Shown here: piece by piece, positions 22,901 to 32,017 of the stretch
Position numbering within the stretch: the stretch's first letter is position 1
Layout: every line of letters starts with the position of its first letter
NCBI GenBank assembly: GCA_000165345.1
Contig: CM000430.1
Span: 800,001-864,000 of the forward strand
Direction of reading: 5' to 3'
Length of the DNA: 64,000 nt
Made by a program: the position numbers and the translations under genes
The notes under the pieces: generated by a model
Seen by the model: only the letters and a program-made list of their open reading frames with translations
The model's database searches: none
What the model was told of the DNA's origin: nothing

Positions 22901-25800
22901 CAAGTAAAATTTCATTGGTTGATCATCCTGTTGATTCAAAGAATGTTCACAATTCTGTTGAAAATATTGTTAATTACATGTTTGATATTGATTTAGCATT
23001 TAACATTGGCATGAGATTTATTCCTAATATGAAAAACAAACTGGAAGTTTCTAAACAAAGATTTTATCGAAAATTCAAAATATTTACTCAAAAACTTTAC
23101 AATAATAATGATACAAAGTCTATGGATTCATCAGGGAATTCAGATTCAAATAATAATACTGATATTTTAAATCTAGAAAATACTTCAACCTCTTCTTCAA
23201 TTAATTTAAGTAGAAGCTTGCAAGCTTGGGATTCAATTACAGATTATTTGATTGAAATGTACTATATCTCTTCAATATTTACAAGAGTTATTTTTATATG
23301 GTTATTTCAAAGTTTTGGTAAAAGTCAATTAAATGATTTAATACATAAAGAGCTTGAAAATAGTAAATCTTCAGAAATAAATAATTTTAATAAATTTCTG
23401 ATCAAGTCTATTAAATATACAGAATCATCTTCATCACCTTCTTCTTCTAAATCAAATCAAAAAGAAAGTGTTAATATTGTTTGGAGAAGTTTTATGTTGG
23501 CTTTTAGTGAAGCTGAAGAACTTTCTTTATCTAATGTTACATATAGAATGAAATTACAATCAATTTTGACATTATTTCAATTTACCAATCAAGTTGATCA
23601 TATTTCAAGATCTAAATACTCATATTATATAGAAAGTATAAGAGAAAAAGTTATTGGAATACTTGAAGATTCTGGTTTTTCAGAAAATTACTTAATTGAA
23701 GATCTTAATAACTTGGGAAATTTTGATGAATCGAATTTATTAAAGATTTCAATATTTATACTTAAAATATTTTCATCAAATGAGGTTATTCCTATTTTCA
23801 AGAAGATATTGGAATTATCTATTCTTTTTGAATATATTCATACAGAAAATGATAAAACTCATATAATTAAATTTAAAACAGTACAAAAATGTCTTAAAGT
23901 TATATTAATAAATAATACTTATATAGAAAAAAAACAATTGGATAATATGCTTATAGAATTAATTAAAGAAATTATTGAACAATTTCATAACAAGCCTTTT
24001 ATAACATCAATATTATATCAAATATGCCAGTTAATTATGAATCCTGATACAGTAATGGAAACTTTGACAGAAGATATTGAATTAAATCAAATTAATAATG
24101 AAGTTGGAATAGTAAAGATTAGAGAATCAATATATTTACATTTAACAAGATATTATTTAGTAATGATAGATTTTCATGAAGAAGGTATTTCAAAAGATGA
24201 TGAATATAGTCAAAGAATAATAAATGATACAATTTCTAAAATAGATCAATTATTAACACATCATTCTAAACAAGAATTTGATTTGGTATTATTCACAAAT
24301 ATATTATTAGAGATTCCAGAAATTCCTTCACTTGAAGAATTAACTTCAAATCAAATTAATCAAGTTTTAATGAATCTTGATTTTGATACTAATAATGGAA
24401 CTTTACAAAATTCAAGTTCTCGTATATTACCTAGCAATTGGATTAGAGTATTAATTTCACAGCGTGTTTTAAATATATATAAAAAAAGAGAATTACAAGA
24501 TAAAAGTAATATTATTTTTGGATTATATAACAAACCAAATATAAATTTGATTGAAACAAAATTGAATAATCCTGATTTATTAGCAGAGTTTCTTGTAAAG
24601 AAATGTCTTTCAAATCAGTGGAAAACTGGCATAGATTTCATGTATTCAAAGTATGGTCAATATGATCTAATGATTGCATTACAAACTTTGATTGAGTCAT
24701 GTGAATTATTAAAGTTTACAGATTATCAGCAAACTTTTAGAGTTTATCAGAACTTAGCAGGACTATTTTCTTTACAACTTTATTTTGCTAGTTCCTATTC
24801 AAGAGTTAAGAATATTGATTTAAATTCTAATTTGGATAACTGTAAAACAATCCAAAATTTTTCAAATAATGGGATAATTAATCAAGAAACTAAAAAAAGT
24901 GTTTATGATCGGCTTTCTTGTATAGTTAAAAAAGAGGAATTGAATCAGCTTTTTGGAGATTTGTGCGAAACTAATAAGAGTAATAATAATGATATGGTTG
25001 GAAAAGGAACTTTGACTCAAGAAGATAGATATAGATTTGAAACAGAAAAGATTCGACTTCTCAATTTAGATCTGGTTGAATTGTTTGAAGTTGTATCAGA
25101 TCCACAAATTTGCTATAATCCAGCTATGATTATAGTAATATTAAATGGGTACGAGTCTATTTATGGACCTATAGTACATTCAGTATGGCCAAGAATATTA
25201 TTCATTCAATCAATCATTATAGGTAGGTTTAAGTTCTTGGATGATTATAAACACGAATTTGGAGCTTTGAACGAAGAGATTTTATTATCTATGATTAGAT
25301 TGTATAACAATTCACTTAATGAAGATAATGATGATAACTTGGAAAAAATCAATGGAATGACTTTTTATGACTTTATCAAGTCTAATGATGATGGTAATAA
25401 TAGTAGTATATTTGAAAGTTCTGAAGAAACTTTAAGAGTTGAATTTGATAGTCAGGAATTGGCATTTTACCATGGCTACTCAGATCTTGATCAAGATCTT
25501 GACCAAGATGAAGAACAAGATCCAGAACAAGAAGATTGCCATAACCCTAATATTTACGATTTAGCATTAAGTTGGAATGAGAGAGGGACTAGAGAAAAAC
25601 TTTCAAAGATGAAGAATGAAGAAATTCTCTCAAATTGGACAAAATTAATTCAAAACTACATAGAAGATTTACAACTTAGAATTTCTGTATGTAAAATGGT
25701 AGATGAGGATGGACTTTCAAATGTAATCCTTTTAAACAAGAAGTTATATAATGACAAGTCACTTTACAAGTTTAATTTGACAAACAATATTGATTGCTAG
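13951..25800 (+). CDS. Giant hypothetical protein (about 3950 aa), single exon, with an internal acidic (EEKEEK)n repeat
   Basis: An uninterrupted 11.9-kb ORF. The track starts it at a TTG at 13906; the first in-frame ATG is at 13951. No catalytic or Walker motifs were recognised. Composition suggests an N-terminal beta-rich region followed by a long alpha-helical body. The GAGGAGAAAGAGGAAAAG tandem at about 19069-19240 encodes the EEKEEK repeat. Confidence 0.7.
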   Translation, partial: AMRNCVEENGANGVQSLIKTFVKEDPSFVILQSIKSSNYLELTDGRLLVSHNPKLIANLTTKGQLSVFLDTSRGEIENIDTRQKDIVLKEIKLPFLKEKTESKTVISEAIWCKSIIREDHLREYEVAPTLVILEKTTEYIEKDVKCKYCSKYSGNQFLTIIQFSRIGNFEDGECEIIELNAKNNLENVINFNRPISIDFEVTNTHKPPISNQMRTIIRYSRIPIIDIFNTFSNKKAQFSESHKTCKSCFSFNNAQTFVDNSMESGFVIIMANLIVLSLDFIQGNSLILKRRFLIQDFRDPQIRFSGFTIQSGWLVSVSIDTLELLIWNYYQGIAFRMVKLSEDYFDFTVSNESRVDVFVTLSFGKDLSKLFLVFDGLNENASSHIKQVGMYIIDLNAIFSQIFCSNCILKYLIDTRKTSEMRISDPGTELKKKLQISSGSIPHVQLYEEYSSLTVYPEAFHFGKEHKALEKIMKCLSEESCQYLDSLDWAKSLNLKLDLTKYEFGWPLLFNKSWFYGDLFCNYKMNQIIITTIENIIARNSIGEDFIDNFEELSNNIYLKTISSHLKKVLEGIPEILFSKTISPKQSNKNCSEILGNQETDNHFQRKLISHKTSFIYSHLIPITIDEFPNHEEFQYEISFIDIIPSSDTVLIQFSIRDLPKKHLSFYISEESKNLFINQLSFECEYTTLIMGLTKVIDWHYFALKDVRREKSYLGLFSKTISLLGLIYSTVRYQDIDNLQKICEYNNVDPCIIPLIQLEIGFKHEELKLISLSLENTPMILNLEMVKLARNMLQDANLHLSLDFTRESSKLFLDFCLDKIKYYSENESTEISEEKNQQKCKVDEFLQEISYYLSEFRMYLNKTSELTTYVKVCDNIQKGDQNSEDELINETNKVADEDGSNHDNEILSKNEIFIRDQIIMGHYSSLIDWYLKSSKDKNPQVFRLKVLHDIYRLICTLSTNSLTLSIHMLRQIGENTTQYLKSILYYTSRREIRRRLINHLKHFGALNDDDIALIQFSNELESYYPNNCYSVERNRIWTSLFTYSIPYNVLSDCNLENEFKVNTDNELIIQESIEGGVSINDCFVSNENLDEYYFYGGIDQGSHVNNPIFSAMTYPFGGLQALKSGFKINQEYNLQYLEDCRRIKSVTSISAKKLSNNKDDGYRTENKENVEISNRDFFYSNFSTEAIATWEGLKCFEIEDYDLELNNDLYIQEGISKGQEVENDRISGKNMNTVISSIPEQEGNDFIRLNNGRLVSIKNSSCKQCLDLNEDEELEIEEELLNYENEFGQLLLSKNDSKESFSISSQKEHISSNSSIILSPSPISSSLEKIQLNTTNFGDHNSKRGDLTWLRLQRQRREMINNNFNNFGYLNHSLKFLSEWSFDVSIRVVIEKTHLQVCFVWNRLLRGFQTPPKRNEALVYSLLNLIIRKTTIQLSNNLDYEINLQVAKTITSSIYIAVFGFIFSHFEWKNIPASMNYLDNTLFLMFKYFNVEESYKYELLNEIIRLNFKYSPKFIVEVFLNSLDSSGIVPIHHLKADLLQEKINQIEIDRYNNVKYILDKCIRYGNYGIYLFRYYLMKSNEFTSKESLHTFLSVIENSRETNIKEENQQNQVDYTDYLNTIYVYLDRKQDIILLSLKQTFNSLKSSIDENIYLSLLNGCTENEFEVKKEEIDQFDLKKLDSPGFILNVLIRYFNNYYESVPGPDEREEEKREEKKEGEEKEEEENEEKEEKEEKEEKEEKEEKEEKEEKEEKEENEENETKEENKDKDIEQSEFKGKDKRIKITPYYILSILFSLDIPRKEIYNQEFYQFLRKFFPSLVKVFREAFLKEKVCIDQIQGDCFNKMNANDNKELNSDSSTSFNITQIIKMTDKNSDSLIKLMELYPELREKLKENPNNTDEFFEIFSENLKKVIEEEEKEEETEKSFEISEDKLSLPILHYISIGRPFFAFNLLCMRHAKFHNSLEYKQFKKEDLKFPELSMEEKIEIYESVYTLAIRNFTRDTVVCSSVIFISMLELPTELLCTDIRVARCIYLHQIHKKDEGDIKSKVNYDTKEMDIQIDSKNSGKINEIWNLFLKFGPPKISSYLENNDDYNDQDILKEFQDNQKYSSSLFSVLKMLEEAAWATGDIITGGNNNEENNSVSDQDNQSIENVDLLPHTPIWHLVATFCRIHGLPRSLTLLHELARRGEWVAFLQECDSQKCPLETVGNIINEYMSENPVLKLHLKIALKINDDNDNQVKSKSEFLYESNKESDYIISLVQWDKLFYSLKLDNVEYKLDEEKISEFYEWSVKQVFKEIIQEMSVNRVILYYSLFEEHYLDLVEKFPKMKNKFKELINSSINSYLLIELINTLCYISINDNIENLQDHDIWKEIFDFEIIQGFENIQGSNNEIKHLKKLVQEFILSIFQGNKFVQIPNSCQDRNQIISDHETDINSDTDEEDFLLEDKSDLLLNRFVEETKDVMLKMNELKLIISLDSLDILFRIIVDNNCDDDTNQDSSSLSMTGKTSKLINKDETTILLWKLLSNLNESGLLCRASTLFYGKDTQITMIFNTIEALYSYDVEKATENLNKVLICNQFDLERNRQIFGFLPRKDLVKNYFEQEFLGLYGKITVEDHRILWKILSELSLENRYPKNETLFFDIENHGYRRHIIDILYLNLDDYQVTFEQFENWLCVPEKTLLKDFYHQQKYALLLKYLEESSSASCRTLLNDEEVFNWLEGSFLSDIANELEIFSTNINFKSSLQRIEFIKSYFWSELKNLSISIQKISMELTPLFLLKISIFCWYFFEKLERWLSTFDQVILISISIHFILETLEIMDLRKSIDFKPLNNMENDYGNDNMDNNDYGNGINTTSDQTSYEYRKEVENIKSRILEFVPKYFDQKYVQECLKYASYKLFMLLLSNINIQDLRKSKVKTILQGLSELISQIGKNKLKFTDFEFEYNSQYFDLLEEIFLSSRGNPVIFTPSGYFNFKNVTIEVPFSIQIPSKISLVDHPVDSKNVHNSVENIVNYMFDIDLAFNIGMRFIPNMKNKLEVSKQRFYRKFKIFTQKLYNNNDTKSMDSSGNSDSNNNTDILNLENTSTSSSINLSRSLQAWDSITDYLIEMYYISSIFTRVIFIWLFQSFGKSQLNDLIHKELENSKSSEINNFNKFLIKSIKYTESSSSPSSSKSNQKESVNIVWRSFMLAFSEAEELSLSNVTYRMKLQSILTLFQFTNQVDHISRSKYSYYIESIREKVIGILEDSGFSENYLIEDLNNLGNFDESNLLKISIFILKIFSSNEVIPIFKKILELSILFEYIHTENDKTHIIKFKTVQKCLKVILINNTYIEKKQLDNMLIELIKEIIEQFHNKPFITSILYQICQLIMNPDTVMETLTEDIELNQINNEVGIVKIRESIYLHLTRYYLVMIDFHEEGISKDDEYSQRIINDTISKIDQLLTHHSKQEFDLVLFTNILLEIPEIPSLEELTSNQINQVLMNLDFDTNNGTLQNSSSRILPSNWIRVLISQRVLNIYKKRELQDKSNIIFGLYNKPNINLIETKLNNPDLLAEFLVKKCLSNQWKTGIDFMYSKYGQYDLMIALQTLIESCELLKFTDYQQTFRVYQNLAGLFSLQLYFASSYSRVKNIDLNSNLDNCKTIQNFSNNGIINQETKKSVYDRLSCIVKKEELNQLFGDLCETNKSNNNDMVGKGTLTQEDRYRFETEKIRLLNLDLVELFEVVSDPQICYNPAMIIVILNGYESIYGPIVHSVWPRILFIQSIIIGRFKFLDDYKHEFGALNEEILLSMIRLYNNSLNEDNDDNLEKINGMTFYDFIKSNDDGNNSSIFESSEETLRVEFDSQELAFYHGYSDLDQDLDQDEEQDPEQEDCHNPNIYDLALSWNERGTREKLSKMKNEEILSNWTKLIQNYIEDLQLRISVCKMVDEDGLSNVILLNKKLYNDKSLYKFNLTNNIDC
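19069..19240 (+). repeat. Coding tandem repeat (GAGGAGAAAGAGGAAAAG)n encoding an EEKEEK acidic repeat inside the giant ORF
   Basis: Direct 18-bp periodicity. It generates three mirror artefact ORFs in the track (19015..19263-, 19038..19295-, 19040..19300+). Confidence 0.8.
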
Positions 25801-25894
25801 TTCTAATTAACTAAAAAGACTTAATTTACAATAAAATCTATGGATCAAATCAAGAAGAAATATCAAAAGATACTTCATTACTTCTATAACAAAA

Positions 25895-26350
25895 ATTACC
25901 AAAAATGAAGCATTCCAAGACTAAGTACATTACCAATTAGTCCAAGAGATGCAAGAGCTAGAAATATATCATAATTTGTTAAATACTAAGATATTATTGG
26001 TGAATATTAATGAATCATAATCATTTTATATTTAACATTGACCAAACTTACATATAGTATTATAGAAACAAAAAATAATAATGTACTATAACTCAATATA
26101 TCCACATATTTTACATATACAGGCTTATTTTTACTCGCGATTGGACAATATTTATCCAATATTGCTTCATCATCAGACCCACAACTATCTGAATCAGTAA
26201 CATCTGAAAAAAATGCATATAAATTTATTAATTAAATAAATAATATATCTTGTTCTATTCTCACTATATAATTCCTTTCTCATTTTAATTTATATTATAT
26301 TACTTACCTGAAACTTCTATTTCTGTGTATCTTATCCTTCTTTTAATCAT
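25895..26350 (-). CDS. Candidate small 3-exon gene encoding a protein of about 95 aa with a two-helix membrane hairpin
   Basis: Hand-assembled minus-strand exons are about 26350-26308 (MIKRRIRYTEIEVS), 26203-26052 (DVTDSDSCGSDDEAILDKYCPIASKNKPVYVKYVDILSYSTLLFFVSIILY) and 25985-25895 (YLTNYDIFLALASLGLIGNVLSLGMLHFW*). Both introns start GTAAGT and end TTTCAG/TCTTAG. None of this is in the ORF track because each exon is shorter than 60 aa. Confidence 0.35.
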
Positions 26351-26888
26351 TTTGGCTTATTTTCACTTTAATTATTAATTTTGACAATTTTCAAAAAAAA
26401 AAGTTTTCCTTTTGCTTCTTTTTTTCCCTAAATTCTTAAATGCATGCATGCATTTTTTATTCTAATTAACGAAATAAAGGGGGGAGGTGTAACAGTGATG
26501 GCGGTGCTGGTTAAAATGCTCCTTTCAAATCCTTTAACTGATTTTCTTTTTAAAATAAAAAGTAACCCTTTAATTGTTAATATAACTTAAAAAATCTATT
26601 TTATTACTTACAAATCTTGCATTTAATTGAATATTTCACTCTAATATATATTTATCGTCCACATTAAAATTGCATGCGTTTTGGCGGGAAATCGTGGAAA
26701 TGCATTATTTATATTAATAGGATTAAAATTAAAATAAACTAATTGTTTTGGTTAGTATTTATTTCCTATGTTATTAAAGAAGATTTGAGCTAGATTAAAA
26801 AAACTTGAATTGAAAAATAAACAAAAGATACAATAATAAAAGTTAAATAACAATGCGAATTATATCAACAAAATGCATTGATAGTTTA

Positions 26889-29800
26889 TCAATTGTTAAT
26901 TACAATAGCTTCAGGAGTATTTGGAAGGGAGTCCATATAGTTAGTAGAAAGAGGAAAATCGTTGTCTGAATCATTAATTTCCTTGGAGTTATCCTTGGAT
27001 TCTTCCTCAAGCTTAATATTAGAATTGTTTTCTTGGATTTTACGATTAGAGGTATTACCCTTATTTTTTTGAGCCTTTGAATTTGACTTTCCTTTCTTCT
27101 TTACAGGTTGTAAAGTAGTGGCATTCTTTTGGTTCTTCTTACTTTTACTACTAGGATTACTATATAGGTAATCATCTTCATAATCGTCATTTTGGACACC
27201 ACTATCATCCTCCCCACCTTCTTCATCTTCCTTATCCTCCTCATTTTCATTTTCGTCTTCATCCTCATCCTCGTCCTCATCCTCATCCTCCCATTTCTGA
27301 CTACGAAGTTTACGCCCTTTAGTAACAGTATCTCTTCTTAAAACTCTTCTTGTCACACTGGAACAGTTGTCAAAGTCTTCAGCTTCTTCATCATCGCTAA
27401 AAGAAATGATCTTTCTCCTTTTTGACAAACTCTTATTATCTGAAGAAGATCCGTTCAAGTCAGGAGGAGGTGAATTTGAGGAATTAGAAGAAAAGTAAGC
27501 TGACGATTTTCGTCTCTCTTGTCTATCTTGTCTCTTAAAGGTTGAAATATTTCTCAAAGAGCCTCTTTTACCTCTCAATGATGATAATGAAAAAAGAGAG
27601 TTATTACCTTTTCCAATAAATTCTGAATTACTTTCGTTTGATAAAGAAGGAAGAGATCTCCTTCTCTTATTTGTCTCTTTTAGTAACTCTTTTGAAATAT
27701 CAGTAATTTCTCCTGCCTCGTATTTTTCCATTACTCTTAAAAAAGCTCTCTCACTAAGTCCTTCCACACATAGATAATCCTTATTTGATTTCCATCTTGA
27801 TTTTCTCTCTGATCTGTCCAAATCACGAATTTCATTCAAATTATTATCTTCAATACCTAATTCAGCATTCACCTCATTTGGTGGTCTTACAATCCAATCT
27901 GGAACTTCTTGCATCTTTATCATTCTTCCAGATTTCTCCAAACATTCAAGGTAAATCTTACTATCTTCCAATGTTAAAACTTCTTGAGATTTTGAATTCT
28001 CATTCTTTGATTCTCCTAAAACTTCTTCTTGAGATTCTTGTTCTTCCATTTGAATGCTTTTCTGTCTTCTTCCTGGTTTTTTTGGTCTCAAAGGAGATTT
28101 TGAAATATTCTGACCATACTTTAGTAAATTTGAATCAGTATCTTCATTATCCTTTTCTATTTCTTTAATATTCTTATTATTTGTTAATGATTTCTTTGTT
28201 ATATTCTTACTCCAATCCTGAATCTTTTGATATATATTCTTACCAAATGTTTTCTTATCCATCTCTTCAAAAGCCTTCAGTTCTTCATCATTTCTAGCCA
28301 AAAATTGGTTAATCTCTGATGGTGTTGTTACTCTTGAATCACTCTTATACTCCTCCTTACCAAATAACTCTTTAAGCCTATCCTCCCTCTCTTCCTCTTC
28401 AACTTGAGTTGAGTTAAACATTCCTGCTTGAATAATTTTATGATCAATCTCCAATTTCTTCTGAGCACGCTTTAAAACTAACTCTTCTACTCCTGAAATT
28501 GAAACAAAACGTAATACTCGAACTTCATTCTTTTGACCCATTCTATGAGCTCTACTTTGAGCCTGAAGATCTTGATGAGGATTCCAATCTGAGTCAAAAA
28601 TTATTACAGTATCAGCAGCTTGAAGATTTAAACCTAATCCTCCAGCTCTTGTTGATAAAACAAAAACAAACTTCTCAGAATCTGGAGAATTAAATTCATC
28701 CATTTTCTCCTTTCTTTCTTGTATTGTCATTGTTCCATCCAATCTATGATGTTCGATACCTCTATAATCTAAAAAGTCACCCAAAATATCCATTAACTGT
28801 GTCATTTGACAAAAAATTAGTACTTTATGACGAAAACGAATCAATTTTGGAAGCATTCTATCCAAAACTTCAAATTTACAACTCACTCTAAAGATATCAT
28901 CATCCTCTATTAAATACTCCTCCACAAATAGATATGGATGATTAACTATCTTTCTAAGCTGCATTATTGTATTACTAACTGATCTATATTGAATCTTCCC
29001 ACTTGAAAGATCCATAGAATGTACTGCTTTTTGTTTGATTTGATCATAAACAATCTTTTGCCAAGGAGTAAGCTCCATTCTAACAATATATTCCTTCTTT
29101 TCTGGTAGATCTTGTAATACATCTGACTTTACTCTTCTTAATAGAAATGGTCTCAAAATTGAATGTAATCTACTTATTACAAATAATCTCTCCTCTTCTG
29201 AAAGTTCTAAACTAGCTTCATTTGATGGAAGATCACTAAATGGTTTACTAAACCAAACTTGAAAATCTTCAACAGAATGAAAAACTTGTGGTAATAAGAA
29301 ATTAAGTAAAGACCATAATTCTGTAATACTATTCTGAAGTGGGGTACCGGTTAATAATAATCTATTTTCTGATTTAAAATCTGCTAATACTACATGAAAT
29401 TTGCTCTTTGAATTCTTTAAACGATGACCTTCATCTACTATAATATGTTTCCATTGCATTGATTGTAAAGCTCCACTTTCTCTGATAATGAAGTCAAATG
29501 TAGTCAAACATACATTAAATTTAGTTTGTCTCATTTCATAAATAAGTGATCTTCTTTCATATCTACTTCCTTTAAAACAAAGTATTTTCAATTCTGGACT
29601 CCAGATCTCAAACTCTTTTTGCCAATTTGGTAAAGTAGATAATGGTACAACAACAAGATGAGGACCTTGATTATCTTTATGTTCATATAAATATGTCAAT
29701 AATGCAATAGTTTGAACAGTCTTTCCAAGTCCCATTTCATCAGCTAGAATACCGTGTAATTTGTTATTATAAAGACTTAACATCCATTCAACTCCAATGA

Positions 29801-31547
29801 TTTGATATGGTAAAAGACTTCCTCCTTTAAGAAGTTTCATTGGTTTATCAGAAATACTTTCAGATACTGAATGAGCCATTGTATAATATGATGCCACGCT
29901 TGTAGTTTTTGGAATATTAATAAATTCTGAAGATTCATCAATATTAGCATTAGATACTCCAATCAGATCACCAGTTTCTCTTTGATCCCCTTCTATATTT
30001 GAATTCTGGACAAATCCACTTTCTGAGCCTACCATCTTTTGGTCTTGCACTCTAAGTCCAATATCTAATAGGAATCTATCAGTTTGGTTAATAAGCTCTT
30101 GTAATCTTCTATTTTTAGTTTCTTTCACAAGCTCTAAATAAGCCTCTAAATCATTTTCTCTTAATAGACGGAGTCTCTCTCTTTCTTTCCTTTCAAGATT
30201 AATTTGCTTTTGGGATTGAATAGAAACAACTTGTTTGGTAGCATTAACAGCTAAACGTCCTAAGAGAGCTTTTTTTCTTTTCTTTTCTCTAATCATCTTT
30301 TCTCTTTCAGTTGGTATTCCATCAATGATCATTTGGAATCTGTATTGATGAATTATTGGAGATTTGGATGACCAAAACTGAGAAAAACGATGACAAATTC
30401 TCTCAAGCATAGAATATCCTCTATCTTCAGGATCTATTGTTAATGATGGAATAAATATACCAGTTGAAGAAATACCCTCCAATATTGACTCTTGAAGAAT
30501 TTTAAGTTTTTCATCTTGTAATGATTTTTCTGGACAAGTATCAATAACGGGATTCTGACTCATGTTTAGATTTTGTTTAGTATTTGAAGATGATTGAATA
30601 TTAGGATCTTCCAAATTCTGAGCAAGAATCTGAGCAGAAACAGGATTTGAATCAAGATTTTCATTAAATTCTTTACTCTGGAGTATGCTTTTTTCAGTAA
30701 CCTGATAATACATTCCTCGTTCCTTGACCATATTTCTGACTCTATTTTGAATCTTTGAAAGCCTATTAAGTTTTTCATTAAGTGAAGCTCTATAAGATAC
30801 ATCAGCTGGAAGAGCAAGATACTTTCTTAGATTAGCTTCAGTATCAATATCTTTAAGACCGATTAAGAATTGTTTTTCCTGTTGAGTATATTTATTCCAT
30901 CTTGCTAAGAAATTGGACTCAATTTCAAATGATCCAGCAAATTTTAAAGGATTAATACGTAGTGAATTAATTTCAGAAAAGACCCTGGTAAGCTCTCCAG
31001 TAAGTAAAGAAGTCTTATTTCTGGGTATATTTTCCATGATATTTCCTGTTTTTTTGATTTTGTCTCTAAATACTTTCTTTGAATGACCAAAATAATCCTT
31101 TAAAACAAGAAACATTCGGGTTTCAGAGTCTAAAAGTTTTTCATTTTCTTTTTGTTCATTTTCTCCATATTTGAATAGATCAAATCCTCGTCTAACAATA
31201 AGATCATCCATCATTCCAAATAACTCCCCAAGTAATTTTTCTCCAGGAATTAAACCTCTACTTAACATTCTATAACATTGTATCAAGATTTTGAATCTAA
31301 GCTTTAATACATTAATTTCTGGAATTTCAACTCTATTTACAAGTTTAATCCCATGTTTTCTTAACTCTTGAAACTTTAAAGAGGTTTCCAAACATCTTCC
31401 AAATATTTCAGTAGAATTAGTAGAAGCTTCAACAATAACTCTTTCTAAACTAGGTTCAATTTTAAACTCATCAATTTCCATAGCTAAATAACCCTCCTCA
31501 TTTCCATATCCTGAAGCTTTGCTTTCTGAGCTTCTCAGACCTTCCAT
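26889..31547 (-). CDS. SNF2-family chromatin-remodelling ATPase, Snf2/Brahma/Sth1-like
   Basis: 1552 aa with ATG at 31547. The post-HSA-like segment is LRENDLEAYLELVKETKNRRLQELINQTDRFL. Helicase motif I is LADEMGLGKTVQTIALL; the DEGHRLKN box and LLTGTPLQN are present. The helicase-C motifs are LSTRAGGLGLNLQAADTVIIFDSDWNPHQDLQAQSRAHRMGQ. The tail is acidic (DEDEDEDEDEDENENEED). No bromodomain was seen. Confidence 0.9.
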   Translation of the reverse strand: MEGLRSSESKASGYGNEEGYLAMEIDEFKIEPSLERVIVEASTNSTEIFGRCLETSLKFQELRKHGIKLVNRVEIPEINVLKLRFKILIQCYRMLSRGLIPGEKLLGELFGMMDDLIVRRGFDLFKYGENEQKENEKLLDSETRMFLVLKDYFGHSKKVFRDKIKKTGNIMENIPRNKTSLLTGELTRVFSEINSLRINPLKFAGSFEIESNFLARWNKYTQQEKQFLIGLKDIDTEANLRKYLALPADVSYRASLNEKLNRLSKIQNRVRNMVKERGMYYQVTEKSILQSKEFNENLDSNPVSAQILAQNLEDPNIQSSSNTKQNLNMSQNPVIDTCPEKSLQDEKLKILQESILEGISSTGIFIPSLTIDPEDRGYSMLERICHRFSQFWSSKSPIIHQYRFQMIIDGIPTEREKMIREKKRKKALLGRLAVNATKQVVSIQSQKQINLERKERERLRLLRENDLEAYLELVKETKNRRLQELINQTDRFLLDIGLRVQDQKMVGSESGFVQNSNIEGDQRETGDLIGVSNANIDESSEFINIPKTTSVASYYTMAHSVSESISDKPMKLLKGGSLLPYQIIGVEWMLSLYNNKLHGILADEMGLGKTVQTIALLTYLYEHKDNQGPHLVVVPLSTLPNWQKEFEIWSPELKILCFKGSRYERRSLIYEMRQTKFNVCLTTFDFIIRESGALQSMQWKHIIVDEGHRLKNSKSKFHVVLADFKSENRLLLTGTPLQNSITELWSLLNFLLPQVFHSVEDFQVWFSKPFSDLPSNEASLELSEEERLFVISRLHSILRPFLLRRVKSDVLQDLPEKKEYIVRMELTPWQKIVYDQIKQKAVHSMDLSSGKIQYRSVSNTIMQLRKIVNHPYLFVEEYLIEDDDIFRVSCKFEVLDRMLPKLIRFRHKVLIFCQMTQLMDILGDFLDYRGIEHHRLDGTMTIQERKEKMDEFNSPDSEKFVFVLSTRAGGLGLNLQAADTVIIFDSDWNPHQDLQAQSRAHRMGQKNEVRVLRFVSISGVEELVLKRAQKKLEIDHKIIQAGMFNSTQVEEEEREDRLKELFGKEEYKSDSRVTTPSEINQFLARNDEELKAFEEMDKKTFGKNIYQKIQDWSKNITKKSLTNNKNIKEIEKDNEDTDSNLLKYGQNISKSPLRPKKPGRRQKSIQMEEQESQEEVLGESKNENSKSQEVLTLEDSKIYLECLEKSGRMIKMQEVPDWIVRPPNEVNAELGIEDNNLNEIRDLDRSERKSRWKSNKDYLCVEGLSERAFLRVMEKYEAGEITDISKELLKETNKRRRSLPSLSNESNSEFIGKGNNSLFSLSSLRGKRGSLRNISTFKRQDRQERRKSSAYFSSNSSNSPPPDLNGSSSDNKSLSKRRKIISFSDDEEAEDFDNCSSVTRRVLRRDTVTKGRKLRSQKWEDEDEDEDEDEDENENEEDKEDEEGGEDDSGVQNDDYEDDYLYSNPSSKSKKNQKNATTLQPVKKKGKSNSKAQKNKGNTSNRKIQENNSNIKLEEESKDNSKEINDSDNDFPLSTNYMDSLPNTPEAIVINN

Positions 31548-32017
31548 ATCTGGTTACCTTGTGGCTAAAATCCTACCCCACTTTCTTATTTGATAACAAT
31601 AGATTTGTTCAAAGGGTATCTATTTATATTCACTCTGGTAAATTCTTCTTTAATTTCTCAATTTGTTAAAAAACTTGCTCAATTTTCAAATTGGCTTTCT
31701 CTCTTTCTTTTGATCTCTCTTCATAAAAAAAAAAGTGAAAAAAAAGAAATATCAGAAACCTAATTTCACAACAAAGCAATATCCCTACTTAAATATTTGA
31801 GCTATGCTTATACCTGGCTAAATATACATATATAAATACACAAATGCTTCATTTGTATAAATATATGCCAATGTTTTCACTTCACTTCTTGTTATATTGT
31901 TTGTATTTATTTTTCTGGTATATATTTCCTTTACTTATTATCTTTATTGGCGCCAATAATAATTATATTAATTTGAATCACAAGATTTATCTTCATGAAA
32001 AGAACAAAAACGAGATC

